A model generated the notes under the pieces. The model did no database searches. It had not been told where the DNA came from and saw nothing but the letters and a program-made list of their open reading frames with translations. Positions 1-10,813 of a stretch of 32,290 nt of DNA are shown piece after piece (the first letter of the stretch is position 1; each line of letters starts with the position of its first letter). The translations under genes were made by a program, and so were the position numbers. Origin of the DNA: Perkinsus chesapeaki ATCC PRA-425 (lineage: Eukaryota; Protista; Perkinsozoa); the NCBI GenBank assembly GCA_013115145.1, contig JAAPAO010000406.1, positions 1 through 32,290 on the forward strand, written 5' to 3'.

Positions 1-479
1 GAGTATGAACGTGATTTATGGAGATTGAACATTAAGTGTACGTGTTTTATGTGTACCAATCGTTAACATCCCAGATGTTGTGGGGTGAATTCGTTCGTCA
101 CGCGCCACACTCTGTCGCGCGCCTAGAAACCTTTGGCCCGAATTAAGTAGACAATTATTGTGAGCGCATCTTGTGGCTGTGCTGTCCTAGGCTAGCTATA
201 ACTTAGGTGCTGTAATATACTCGTAAAAGTGCACAGATCGTGTACGTAAGTATACGCTTTTATTCGTATTAACTTGACGCTTCTTGTCCCGTACAAAGGC
301 GTATTAGGGGCAAGGCTCTGATTTGCGTTTTCTACAAGTTATACCCTCAACGACTACACTTGGTATCGCTCACAACTCCCTATACCTTGACATCGTGACA
401 GTTTACTTCTGGGCGCGCGCGAAAGAAACTGCGCTGAAGCCGTTTGGCATTCGTCGTTGTTGCTGTGCCAAATTGAAGT

Positions 480-1616
480 ATGGCGAGTAAGTCCGAGGCT
501 GCAATCAGCACCGTTTGCGAGTCAGCCAGAGATCTAGGTTGGCTGCCTGACAAAGATACCATCGCCAAGCTCGAGTACGAAGATGTCAAGGCTCATCCGT
601 TTCGATTTTACCGCGATTTTATATCCCAAAACAGACCGGCAATAATAACCGGCATAACCAAGGCTCTGGGAATCGACAAAGTTGACTGGGGCTCGGCGAT
701 CGCCTCTGAGAAGCTCGTCAGCGTGAACTTCACCCCTAACGGGAAGGCTGATGCGGTTTTGGAAAACAAAGTGTTCGCTAAGCCGTGCGAAGAAAAGATA
801 CCTTTCGGCGATTTTTGGGAGTACATAACCTCGAGACGAGAAGATCGCGGTATCCCTTATTTGAGCCATCAGAACGACTCACTGCGCCAGGAAATTCCAG
901 AGCTGATTGGGAAGTACATTCCCGAGAGGATCGAATGGCTGGACGAGACTCTGGAGACCAAGGTTGATGCGGTGAACTTGTGGATAGGCGACGAACGATC
1001 CCATTCTTCGACACATTCTGATTTCTATGAGAACATATATACTTGCCTTTACGGAGTCAAAGTCTTTCATTTGCTACCGCCGTGCTTTCTCCCTAAAATC
1101 GGTGAAGGGCGTTATCCAGCAGCGACCTATCATCGCCGAGATGATGCCACTTTGGAGCTGGAGCCTGAAGCTGAGGATGTCGTATGGGTAATGAAGGAAG
1201 TCCAGGAGCTTTCTGAGTGTCTTACTGTCGAGCTGGCGGCTGGAGATGCTCTTTACTTGCCAAGCTTATGGTTGCATTCGGCGACACAGAACTGTCTGAC
1301 GGTTGGTGTGAATCACTGGTACGACATGGATTTCGATCTCAAGTACTGCTACTACTCGATGGTCCGCGCCCTAATGCCTTCGCCGGCGCTAGCAGTGAAG
1401 AGTTGGCCGCATGAGGAGGTCTCTATATGGTTCAAAACTCACTTTCCGACGCTTGAGCTCCCGCAGAAGTTCTATGCGCTCGATGGGCAAGGCTTAATGG
1501 ATCTAGCAGACGACCCGGAGTTTTCTATTGAAGAGAAATTGCGGTTTATGGATCTCGAGGAGCCTTCTTCGATCGCGGCTGTGGCTGATGGGTTGCGGAC
1601 GCTCTTGGAGGAGTGA
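480..1616 (+). CDS. JMJD7: JMJD7-like JmjC 2-oxoglutarate/Fe(II) hydroxylase with C-terminal SAM-like extension; intronless
   Basis: 378-aa ORF. Motifs VNFTPNGKADAV, YLSHQNDSL, VNLWIGD..STHSDFYENIY (HxD), LYLPSLWLH (distal His) and VNHWYDMDFDLKY match the JMJD7 subfamily as I recall it. An extra ~75-aa tail follows. Confidence 0.9.
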   Translation: MASKSEAAISTVCESARDLGWLPDKDTIAKLEYEDVKAHPFRFYRDFISQNRPAIITGITKALGIDKVDWGSAIASEKLVSVNFTPNGKADAVLENKVFAKPCEEKIPFGDFWEYITSRREDRGIPYLSHQNDSLRQEIPELIGKYIPERIEWLDETLETKVDAVNLWIGDERSHSSTHSDFYENIYTCLYGVKVFHLLPPCFLPKIGEGRYPAATYHRRDDATLELEPEAEDVVWVMKEVQELSECLTVELAAGDALYLPSLWLHSATQNCLTVGVNHWYDMDFDLKYCYYSMVRALMPSPALAVKSWPHEEVSIWFKTHFPTLELPQKFYALDGQGLMDLADDPEFSIEEKLRFMDLEEPSSIAAVADGLRTLLEE

Positions 1617-1708
1617 AGGGTCGATCGTCAATATTATTGCTTTCTGTTGCGCGATGATGTTAAGTTGCATTTTCGTTGCGGTTTGAAATTTTTTTCCGCC
1701 AGGCCCCT

Positions 1709-4700
1709 ATGACTATTGAAAATGACTTCCTTCATTCTACACAGGAAGACACAGCGCCATTTGTGGGAGATGAATCAGCTGGACATGGTAGCCGCGCACC
1801 CTTTTGGGGGGCCATTGGAGGGTATGTACAGGTATGAGCACTACCGGCATCAGCTTCTACAGGCCACATAGCATGTCACGGTCATTAACCACAGGTAGTG
1901 GAGCGTGGGAAGGGGGAGGGGGTCGTTTGGTGTATGTCACTGGAATTAGTAGATGTTTGCTGGTTTGAGGTTAGTATTAAAGGCGGAATGCCATTGGTAG
2001 TGTTTGCTACATGCAAACACTAGTTGCTCGTTCTAGGCTCGTGAACTGATAGCTATAGTTATCGAAAAGCATTCAAAGATATCGTTGCATTATCGGAAAT
2101 CGTCCAAGCAGTAGTGTCATAGGAAATGACCTGTGATGAGATATGAGGGCCGCGCACTACGCCGATTGTTAGTTTTTACTTTCTGGTTTCTTGTCCCCTC
2201 CGACCAGGCTCTTTATAGACAGCTTAGGGGCATCGTGGGGGCGGATTCAGGTTGTGAGAATCTGAAGTGTGGTGAAACCCTTAGCGTTCATGTTACTGTG
2301 GGTGACAGGAGAGAGTTTCCCCGGCATTGCACGGATACATACGATATTAACGAATCCAGTTTTGAGGATGTGTCTAAATTCATCAAGGAACATTGTATGT
2401 GTCCGCTCCCCGTATCGAACGAGGCCAAATATCAATCGTGCTCCATGGCCTTGCGGTGGGGTGTAGGTGCGGAGTAGGTTGTCCCCAAATCCTCATTCTT
2501 ATCATTGATCATCAGTATTGCTAAGGCATCTCATTGCTGAATCTACCATCACCAGGGCCGATTTTATTAACCCTCGTAACGCTTTATTTATAAGCCATGC
2601 TTTCTAGGAGGCAGTACGCGTTCAACATTCACAACCGGCTCTGTGATGACGCTATCTGATAGAAAGAAGTGTACTTGGGAGGAGATAGAAATAACAATAA
2701 GACAGTTCTCGGTAACCCTACCACGGTGGTTTCGTCGAAGGCCGTTGCAGACCATGCGGTACATCTTGGGTTCAATTGGACGGAGGGGCGGCAGGCAAGG
2801 TTTGCGGTCTGGAGGCCGTTTACAAGGCCATGTAGTGGGGTGGGGCAGCGGAGGGGGCTGAGGGTGGCGTCTGATAGGTACGATGCGGTGAGCTCTCTCG
2901 AGTTTGGGTTCTTCGAGCGATTCTCTGAAGTTCAAGTTAGGGACATTGTTAAAGTGTTGCAGGTGAGGTGGAGGCTCGGGGGAAAGAGTGTTTGGTGGAG
3001 GGATTCTTCTAACAACGGGAATGCGCTTCGAGGGGAGGTATAACGGAGAACCATTCAACTGCAAATGGATTTGATAGATAAGGCTTAAATTCACAAATAT
3101 TTTAATTCCCGTTTAAATTTCAGCTTCAAGTTAGCGCTTAATTTTATCAATTTTCATCAGTTATTATAAGAATTATCAGTTTTAGTGAACTAGTCTTTTA
3201 TTTATCAGCTATTAGCTTTATTAATTAATCAGTAGTATTAGTCAATGAACTTTGATTTTAGGCGTGCACTTGATGAGGTCTGCTTCTGATTAGATACGAC
3301 ATTACAGGGAGGGAGATGTGGTCTGCAATAAGGGGGAAGAAGGACATGAATTTTACCTTGTATTTCGTGGCGAGGTGACTAATTCAATCTCGACGTCCTT
3401 GAGGGAGTTCCGAGATTCTCAGGTTGATATTTACCCGGAGCCAAAGGAACCGCCGGTCGCCACTTTCTTGGCTGGCGACTCCTTTGGGGAGTTGGCCTTG
3501 ATGCACGATGCGCCCAGAGCGGCTACGGTGATCTGCCGGACCGATTGCACACTTGGACTGTTACACAGGCTGCCTTTTATGCGAGCAACATTTCAGCATA
3601 AGTAGGCGATTTCTTGCAGCGCCAGGAAATTAGGCGTCTTTTCAGGATGCTTGAGGAGAGCCGAATTGTTGATTTTCTTACGTCATGTGTTCCTTTCTGT
3701 GGAGTGCCGACGCGGAAGCTGTGGCGATGCATAGGTAGGGGCAGAGGGATAGTAGAGGGCGAAAGTCACAGTCATGGAATTGAACACAGCGGGGGGGTAG
3801 CGAGAAGTCAAAATTTCAATGGCAACACGATGCCATGTGTACTAGGTTATTACTCCAGGCTGATGCCATGTGTACTAGGTTATTACTCCAGGCTGATGCC
3901 ATGTGTACTAGGTTATTACTCCAGGCTGATGGCATGTGTACTAGGTTATTACTCCAGGCTGATGCCATGTGTACTAGGTTATTATTCGAGGCTGATGGCA
4001 TGCCATTCTATTGACTATTAGTATTACGTATGGCGCTGGTTGTGAATTCAGTATTTTATCGATATTGATGATCTCAAATAGATCTCTTCGTTGATGTTGC
4101 AATACTGGTGAAGTTGTTCATGGTTCAGATGCCTGGTTTTTGAAGAGGTCCACTCCAGGCAAGTGCTTGTTGCATTCTCGAAGTCCATGGGCTCCTATTG
4201 GCAGCCAATTATCAGGGGAGGGAGGCTATGATGGGGAGGTAAGGGCGCTATTAGATTAACACTTACAAAAACTTGTGTGGGATTTCGGATATAGTTTTCG
4301 AGAGATTCGTCACGTAGATTGCCTTGATAAAGTCTACGGAGACAGATAGCTGTGGGGGGGGAGTGACATACCACAGTCGCTATCAATTGCTCTATCTTCA
4401 TTCACTCTGTGGAGCTTTTTACCGCACAGTGGGAGGTTTCAGAAATGGAATGTGCTTTGCATTTGCAATATCTCCCTACTGTAATTTGAGGGAGTTAGGC
4501 TCTAGATGAGAGAGCGAGGAACTCTGTGTAGTTTGCTGATGTTCAGGTTGATATGACTTCGGAGTTCGATTGGTCGGAGCAGTCGTTTGAATTCGGTGGG
4601 ATAAAGTGACATGTGCCGGGATCGAACCTGTGCCTTTTCAGGTCCGGCGGACGCACCAGTGCCGCTAATCCACGCGCGGCCCGAGGCTACACCAATACCC

Positions 4701-6415
4701 TTCTTCGTAGTTATGAGGGGCAAGGTAGGAAACCCTAGGAGCTCGTTAATTCTGAGGCGCGCGGTAATTGTCAGGTGATGGTGCATGGGACCATTGCTAT
4801 CCACGGAAGAGTCGCTACTAAGTGGCAAAACGATGGGGATGAGAGTCGAGAGGAATTCAGCTTTGGCAGCTTTGATACCATAGATTCCGAGGCGGTGAGT
4901 TGGGGTCCGCTAGTTCCCCGTTGGTGTCGTAATCTCGCTGATGGGAGATTTCCGCCGCATGTCGTCACTAGGCTGTAACAGCCTGACTGTTAGGGAATGC
5001 GACAATACTTGTACGGATATTTGCATGGGTTTATTAGTCCTCATGCTTCTACTTACTACTCTTCGTTTTCTCTCCGACAAGCGTGTTACGCTCGTTCCAG
5101 TGATGCGCTTGGCGTCGGGGTGAAGGTGAAATAGCAGAAATTTCAAGAAGCCGCTACCGTACAAGTTTAATTATGATACTTCTTCAACGTCTTGAACTTT
5201 TAAATGTATATCACAGCGCATGTATTGTTAGAAACAATACAGCCTCAATCTACAATAATACGACTTGTAGCACTGACGTTTGGAAATTCACTCGATAAAA
5301 CTCGAGATTTAGTGAGGAATCGAATAAATACGAAATATTCTATTTTATTGCGTCGGGCTGTATAGTAATAGTAAATAGAATTACAAATCACAGTCAAGTG
5401 AAACGTACTAGGTTGTATGTTCATTGTAGGTTAAAACGAGTAAGGTTTATGAATGTTGAATAGTTAATCAGAAAAATGGAACAAAGAACAAAGTTGTGTG
5501 ACGAGCTCCGAATTGTGTCGCTTACCCTAACACAACAATTCTGTCCCGTATTTATATCGCTTGGCAATTTCCTGGAAGATCTGAGTAACACTGTGGCGAT
5601 GATCAGGTACGAGTGTTTGAAAACATTCCCTTATTTGAGCTGTCTCAAGGCATGTTCTATGGTCAGGGAGAGATGCTCTTAGGCCCCGAGGTCCGACAGG
5701 TAGGCCCTGAGGCAGGGTAGCTGTGAGGCCTGGTAAAGCATTATTCAAATACGTGCCGTATTGGTCTAAGAACACTGCATTCAACTACATATGGTATTGT
5801 TATCCCCTCGAGGTGTAGCATCGCCTACGCAGTGGCGAGTGGGTTTTCACTAATTCAAGCTCTGGGATTGTGCGCACTATAAAGGATACGCATTGATATC
5901 TGATCAGATATTGCCCAACGTCTCGGTATCGAACCTGTCTGTGGTAGCCCTGACCGAGGGTAGGACTTTGTCAATGGACCAACCGCACTTTGCAGCCCTC
6001 TGTCATTCCGAGGCAGAGTTTTTGTAGTTGCCGGGGGCGGAGCGTTGAAATTGATCTCCGTTCAGTGACGGCATTATGGCCATTACGCGCTCCTTGTCCG
6101 CTTTGGAGAAGCAGCAGATGGTTCAAATTGTGTCACTTCTGGATCGGGTAGGGCTTCTGTGCATGGTCATGATTCCACTCGTTGAGTTAGCCGGACTTTG
6201 CCCGCAAGTCGGCCCATTATATGTTGAAGATAATGTCGATTGTGCAGAACACTGGACAGTTATGGGCGTCTGTGCCGGAGTTTGCAGAGGTACGTCGGGT
6301 GGCCCTTGGCAGCAGATACTCAATGATGGCTGTAGAACTAGCCTGCCTTGGTAGCTTTGTAGACTGGAAAATCTCCTACAGTACCCATTGCCAGTGCGAA
6401 CTCTTGTCCTCGATA
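1709..6415 (+). CDS. Multi-exon protein with tandem cyclic-nucleotide-binding (cNMP) domains
   Basis: Joining exons across introns 2963-3293, 3375-3422 and 3602-3645 gives KVLQ-IRHYREGDVVCNKGEEGHEFYLVFRGE-VDIY..GDSFGELALMHDAPRAATV (canonical phosphate-binding cassette). A second domain includes FFVVMRGKV (4642-4900); a possible third includes NLSVVALTE (~5860-5960). Start and end are tentative. Confidence 0.75.
3829..4002. repeat. 33-bp minisatellite, ~5.3 copies, intronic
   Basis: Unit gatgccatgtgtactaggttattactccaggct starts at 3829, 3862, 3895, 3928, 3961, with a partial copy at 3994 and 0-2 substitutions per copy. Confidence 0.97.
4596..4641 (-). other. tRNA 3'-end-like fragment antisense within a 46-nt intron of the cNMP gene
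   Basis: Reverse complement is CTGAAAAGGC-ACAGG-TTCGATC-CCGGC-ACATGTC-A-CTTTATCCCAC. Removing 4596-4641 restores the frame FEFG-PADAP..FFVVMRGK. Confidence 0.45.
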
Positions 6416-6775
6416 GGGCCTCCCCTCTGAGGCTCTACTTAGTAGACTGCCCCGGTGGCTAAATGCACGCATCAAGCTAAGATATTTGTTTTTACATTTT
6501 CGGTTGTATCTCGGTCAGGTGGCCCAGAGATGTGCGCATGAGCGTCACCGGGCGGCGCTATCGGAAAAGGTTGCCGATAAGGTCGAGCATGCAAATGACG
6601 AGATACGAGGATACGTAGTGCAGAATTGGCTGCGTCATAGCAAGACGTAGAGGATGCTGCTGTTCGACATGATTGTATTGGCCGTTGTTCCACACAGGGA
6701 CAATTGTTGGGTTGAGTGGGGGGGGGAGCGAAGCGATGCAGGAATACACGATTTCAGCCTCCTGTTGATTGTGCG

Positions 6776-9218
6776 ATGGATGTCTTAGAGCTGCTTGAAG
6801 TTGAGGAAGAGCCGGTTGTGGCGGGAACTGAGGCTGTTGGGCAGCAAGGGAAGGATGAAGGGGCTAAAAAGAGACAAACAAGGAAGAGGCGGCGGAGGAA
6901 CTCTGAGGGTGGGTAGGGAGAGCTGGGATGCGGAGAGCGGAAAGACAATCCTACTAGGGTTACTCTACCCAACGGGGCTGGTGGGGGGGACAGGAATTGT
7001 GTGGAAAGCGACTTGGGACGGCAAATTCTGGGTCAAATAATATGAACCATCTCTGAAATAAAATTGTGTAGTGGCTGTTAAGGTTCGCGTCATGAATTTG
7101 GGGAGTGCCGACGGCTCGGTTGGCTGGGTATAGGCTATTGTGGCTTTAGGGGGTGGCAACGAGGATAAGAGGATGAAGAATGAGGGAGGGTTAAGGAAAC
7201 GAAAGCCTGTTGACAGAGCAATAAAGTAAGCTGGTCCTAATACCTGTTCGCAGTAGAGATTCGGAGCGGCAAGTCAGTCTAGAAATTTCACCGATTTAGC
7301 ATTTGGTACCTCTCTGGCGTTCAGGGCTCGAAGTATGTTCTTGAATAACCTACCAGTGGAGGCGACATCCGAGTGGGTGAAGAGAACTGTGCTGAGTGTG
7401 TTGCCAGAAGGAAGCAATGGAATGGATGTCATCGATCGGGTGTTCATCGGACGAGATAAGAAATGTAGGTACGCTGGATGTCGGGAGTCGAGGCCATTAG
7501 GGCTGTCGGCATAACTTTCTTTTTGCTCGATCAGCGCTACTTAGCACGTTCTCGTTGTATGTTACAATGCCTCAGAGCAGAGTACAATTTGATGACATCT
7601 CGTTTCTTCTCGAATTTTCCCCATCTCATGTAAGCGATGACATCCGTGTGCATATATACGTAATATATCTCCGAATTTCCTTGACTTTTCGTTTGTGTTA
7701 CTTCCCAAGTTGAAAATGTCATACTTTCGCAGATCCAACTCGGTGCGCTGGGTGGGCCAATGTAACGTTCACATCGGAATCGATTGCCGAAGACGCGTTG
7801 GCGAGGCTGGATTACCATATGGTCGATTGTGAGGACCTATTGAAGGAAGCCGAGGAGAAGGAGCAAAGCGCATCTGCTGGTGGTGCTGGGCAGCCCCCGA
7901 CTAACAAACGTGAGATGGGACGGGGTAAGAGAAATGCTCGCGGAGGAACCGTGAAGGGCGCCGCCCTCCAAGGGAGATGGGCTCCGGTAGAAGTTCATAG
8001 TTCAAGTTGATAATGGAGCCTAATTTGTAAGTATTGATTTCCAATATGTTAATGAGGAGTATACTATCGCTTAACGATCGTTGAAGTAGGATAGGTCTCC
8101 ACAAAGTAGTCGTCCTGTACGGTATTTCGTACGCTCTACGTGAGATGCGGTCGCAGTGTGACGTGCCCGAGTCGGGCATTACGAAATTATCAGTCGTAGC
8201 TCACATAAAGCTCAGTTTAGATTGTCAAATATCATCACATTCTCACGGAAAACCTTTGTAGCGGTGGAGGACTCTTCAGGGCGTGGTGGCCACGGGCCTA
8301 AGGGTGTCAGAGTAACGAAGAGATGCCTCTATGCATCCTCGGGGCTACAACGCCACGAATCGGGCCAGAACGGAGGTAGAGGCAAATAGCCTCCAGCGAG
8401 CGTTTACTTATCGTGCTTTCACAGAACACACCAAGTCTACGGCGAGTCAATTTCGCCTCCCCGAAGAGCTGGTGCAGAAGCTGAAAGATCTTGTACGGGA
8501 GCATAGTTTGTCCGACTCCCCAGCGGGCAGGCTGGCTGATTCGTATCGACGGACGTTTGGCGAAAGGGTACCTGTGCAAGAGTATGGCTTCAAGAACTTC
8601 GTGGCGGTGAGTTGGGCTAGCTAAAATTTTGATGGCTCGCATAGTTTGCATTTTCCAAAAAGTTACCGGCCAGTAAGAGAACTGTGTGTAGGACAGCTGG
8701 AAGCTCCTCGATCTTTGCACCTGGTACGGTTTGTTCAAGCGCTGAGAAACTAATTGTTTTTATCTTATAAACTTCTCCTCGAAGTTGGCATTCTCACCTT
8801 CGAAATTTGCCTCCTAATTTGACGGATACCGCCGGTTAGAGTTCTGCGAAGCTGCTAATCTTGTCGGAGGAATAGCTCCCTGTAGAGAAACAGCCTGCTG
8901 AAACAGCTCTTTGAAATAGATGGTATAGCATATGCTTATTGGCTCGTTGAACAGGAACGTTGTCCCCGTCAGGCCCTGAGTTCCATCCCTGGGGTGAGCA
9001 TCTGGGAGGAAAGACCAAAACAAGTGTGGTTCTCATGGGAAACAGAAGAGGAGGACAATGTCAGTGTCGAGGTTGCCCCAGCTACGAATGACAAGACACA
9101 AACTGTTTCTTATCCGACCGACTTTAGTTCGTGCGGACGTTTCTTGTATTTTGCATCTCGTAGCGCATTCGCCAGAGGAGTGACCAATCATGCCCTCCCA
9201 CTCGAAAGGCGTAATTAG
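6776..9218 (+). CDS. RNA-binding protein with RRM and LOTUS (OST-HTH) domains
   Basis: RRM spliced across intron 7465-7732: RSMFLNNLPVEATSEWV..FIGRDKKY-PTRCAGWANVTFTSESIAEDALARLD. LOTUS-like segment at 8463-8606: EELVQKLKDLVREH..AGRLADSYRRTFGERVPVQEYGFKNFVA. 3' end uncertain. Confidence 0.7.
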
Positions 9219-9475
9219 TGAGTACGTGAGTGGAAATCTTTTAGTGTGTCGCATATCAGTTACGAAATAGGGGAGATATCCACAGGCAATCAACCCGTGT
9301 TGAACCTAAGGCAAAATCTTTTGAAGGTTTTTAAACTTTTTCGGCATCACGGCCCACTTTTGAGATTGGTCTCCAGGCGTGTGTGTTACAGTCGCGTTTT
9401 CGTACAGGAATAACCCACACTATTAATTGCGCCAAGTGGGCAAATTCGACAGGCTTTTCATAGTTTTTCGTTACT

Positions 9476-10301
9476 ATGGACCCTAATCTCGTCTCCTCTA
9501 TTTGTGCTGCTGCAGCATCGTTGTTTGCTAAAGTTGGTTTCGACTCCACAGACAGATCCACCGCGTGAGTTCCGATGGGGGGATCGTTGTTCGTTTTCGT
9601 GTAGAATTTAATCTTTGCACTACATTTGTTCGACAATAAGCTCAACTGTGGACGTGGATACGATCTGATCCGAGAAAAGATGCACATCGGCGTTTCAATG
9701 GTTACTAGTCGTTAAAATGCGATGAGCATTGGTAGCGATGGTAGCATTTCCCGCTCAGTGATAATTAACCATGCGACTGGCGAAACTTTATACCTCACGC
9801 TTGCTTGGAGTATTCATGCGCTGAGAACTGACTCTCAAAGTCAATCCTCGGTTCTCAAGTATTTCAACAAAGTCAGGCTTTGTAGAGACATGTGGATTGC
9901 TTCGAGTATGTTGCCGTTTTCAGATCGGAATTCGGCAGGGACTTCCATCCTCTGGCAGGTTACGCTGTCCGGGCTGTTTTCATTGCCCTTTCTCTAGCGG
10001 CAAATGCAGCAATGATGTCCTATTATATTGAGGCATTGCAAAAACGTAGAATGCCAAGATTGAACCAGAGGTCCTCATTTCCGCGCCAGGTACAGCGTTA
10101 CAGGCTACTGTGATGAACTTCGGAGGGAACTTCTTGTTCTCGTCGATCTTCGGCGTGGTGTTCTTCGGCGAGAGGATGAGCTTTACCTGGCTGTTGGGGG
10201 CTGCGTCGATTGCTACTGGAGTGGTGAGTGTGACGTGGTGCTTGTTTGTAGCTGAGATTCGGTGTTGGAATAGTAGTCGGAATTTCTACAGAAGTGAGTG
10301 A
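9476..10301 (+). CDS. TMEM42-like small DMT-superfamily membrane protein
   Basis: Exons join to MDPNLVSSICAAAASLFAKVGF..AVRAVFIALSLAANAAMMSYYIEALQKRTALQATVMNFGGNFLFSSIFGVVFFGERMSFTWLLGAASIATGV, a 4-TM pattern typical of TMEM42/EamA-like proteins. Confidence 0.75.
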
Positions 10302-10589
10302 AAATCTAAAATGCAACAGAAACGATATAAAATCAGGTATTGAAGTATATTGCGAGAAAATTCTGTAGGTAACATGCTGTACATTAATATATAATGATTC
10401 AATTATCATGACTGTCTACTCTAATCATCTCCTATTGATCAAATTGATCAAATCAATGTGTGAGTTCTGATATTACTGATACGGAACTGTATTTGATATC
10501 ATAGGAGTATGTAATCCCAGTGCCTGATATGTGAGATCCAGAAGACGTCATTAGGGCACAGTTATTTCGCGGTCCCGCTCGCGACATGT

Positions 10590-10738
10590 TCAGGAGCGGC
10601 CGTTCCTGATCTAGCTTCCGCTAACTGGTCGGGTGGACTAACGCTAGCTAACTCAACAAATCGGGTGGATCATGGGGGACATCTCGCTTTCTCCTGGTTA
10701 CGGCACTTGATCGCGAATCACGATTCGCGCCGCGAATC
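10590..10738. promoter_or_regulatory. Cluster of short inverted and direct repeats upstream of a gene
   Basis: Stem-loop tcaggagc-ggcc-gttcctga (10590-10609); tcgggtgga twice; CGCGAATC-ac-GATTCGCG-c-CGCGAATC (10712-10738). Function inferred from position only. Confidence 0.3.
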
Positions 10739-10813
10739 TCGCGCTCCGTGGATGGAGAAGTACATCCCACGAGGCTGCGTCCCTTATGCGTGTAATAACA
10801 AGCCCGAATCGCG

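Noticed and set aside
2400-2424. Antisense T-arm-like hairpin CCTCG-TTCGATA-CGGGG-AGCGGAC-A near a probable intron donor at 2395
   Set aside because: The stem is perfect but there is no canonical variable region, C52 is atypical and no T-run follows. My rough estimate is that such a hit has a fair chance of arising once per window.
2588-3094. 168-aa minus-strand ORF
   Set aside because: Pro-rich shadow of G-rich plus-strand exon and intron sequence of the cNMP gene.
3375-3422. Stop-free 3n introns (also 32088-32123) as regulated exitrons
   Set aside because: A sizeable fraction of very short introns is expected to be 3n and stop-free by chance.
3829-4002. 33-bp repeats as a CRISPR array
   Set aside because: Units are directly adjacent with no unique spacers, there are no cas genes, and the context is eukaryotic.
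4608-4677. Apparent full-length degenerate tRNA-Gly on the minus strand (A-box-like TGGATTAGCGG plus B-box)
   Set aside because: The 5' half falls in a coding exon (GPADAPVPLIHAR), and the D- and anticodon arms do not fold. Only the intronic 3' part was kept.
5920-5940. Antisense B-box GGTTCGATACC
   Set aside because: It falls in an exon (VSVSNLSV) and the T-stem does not pair.
9331-9687. 118-aa minus-strand ORF
   Set aside because: Antisense to exon 1 of the TMEM42-like gene; no recognisable features.
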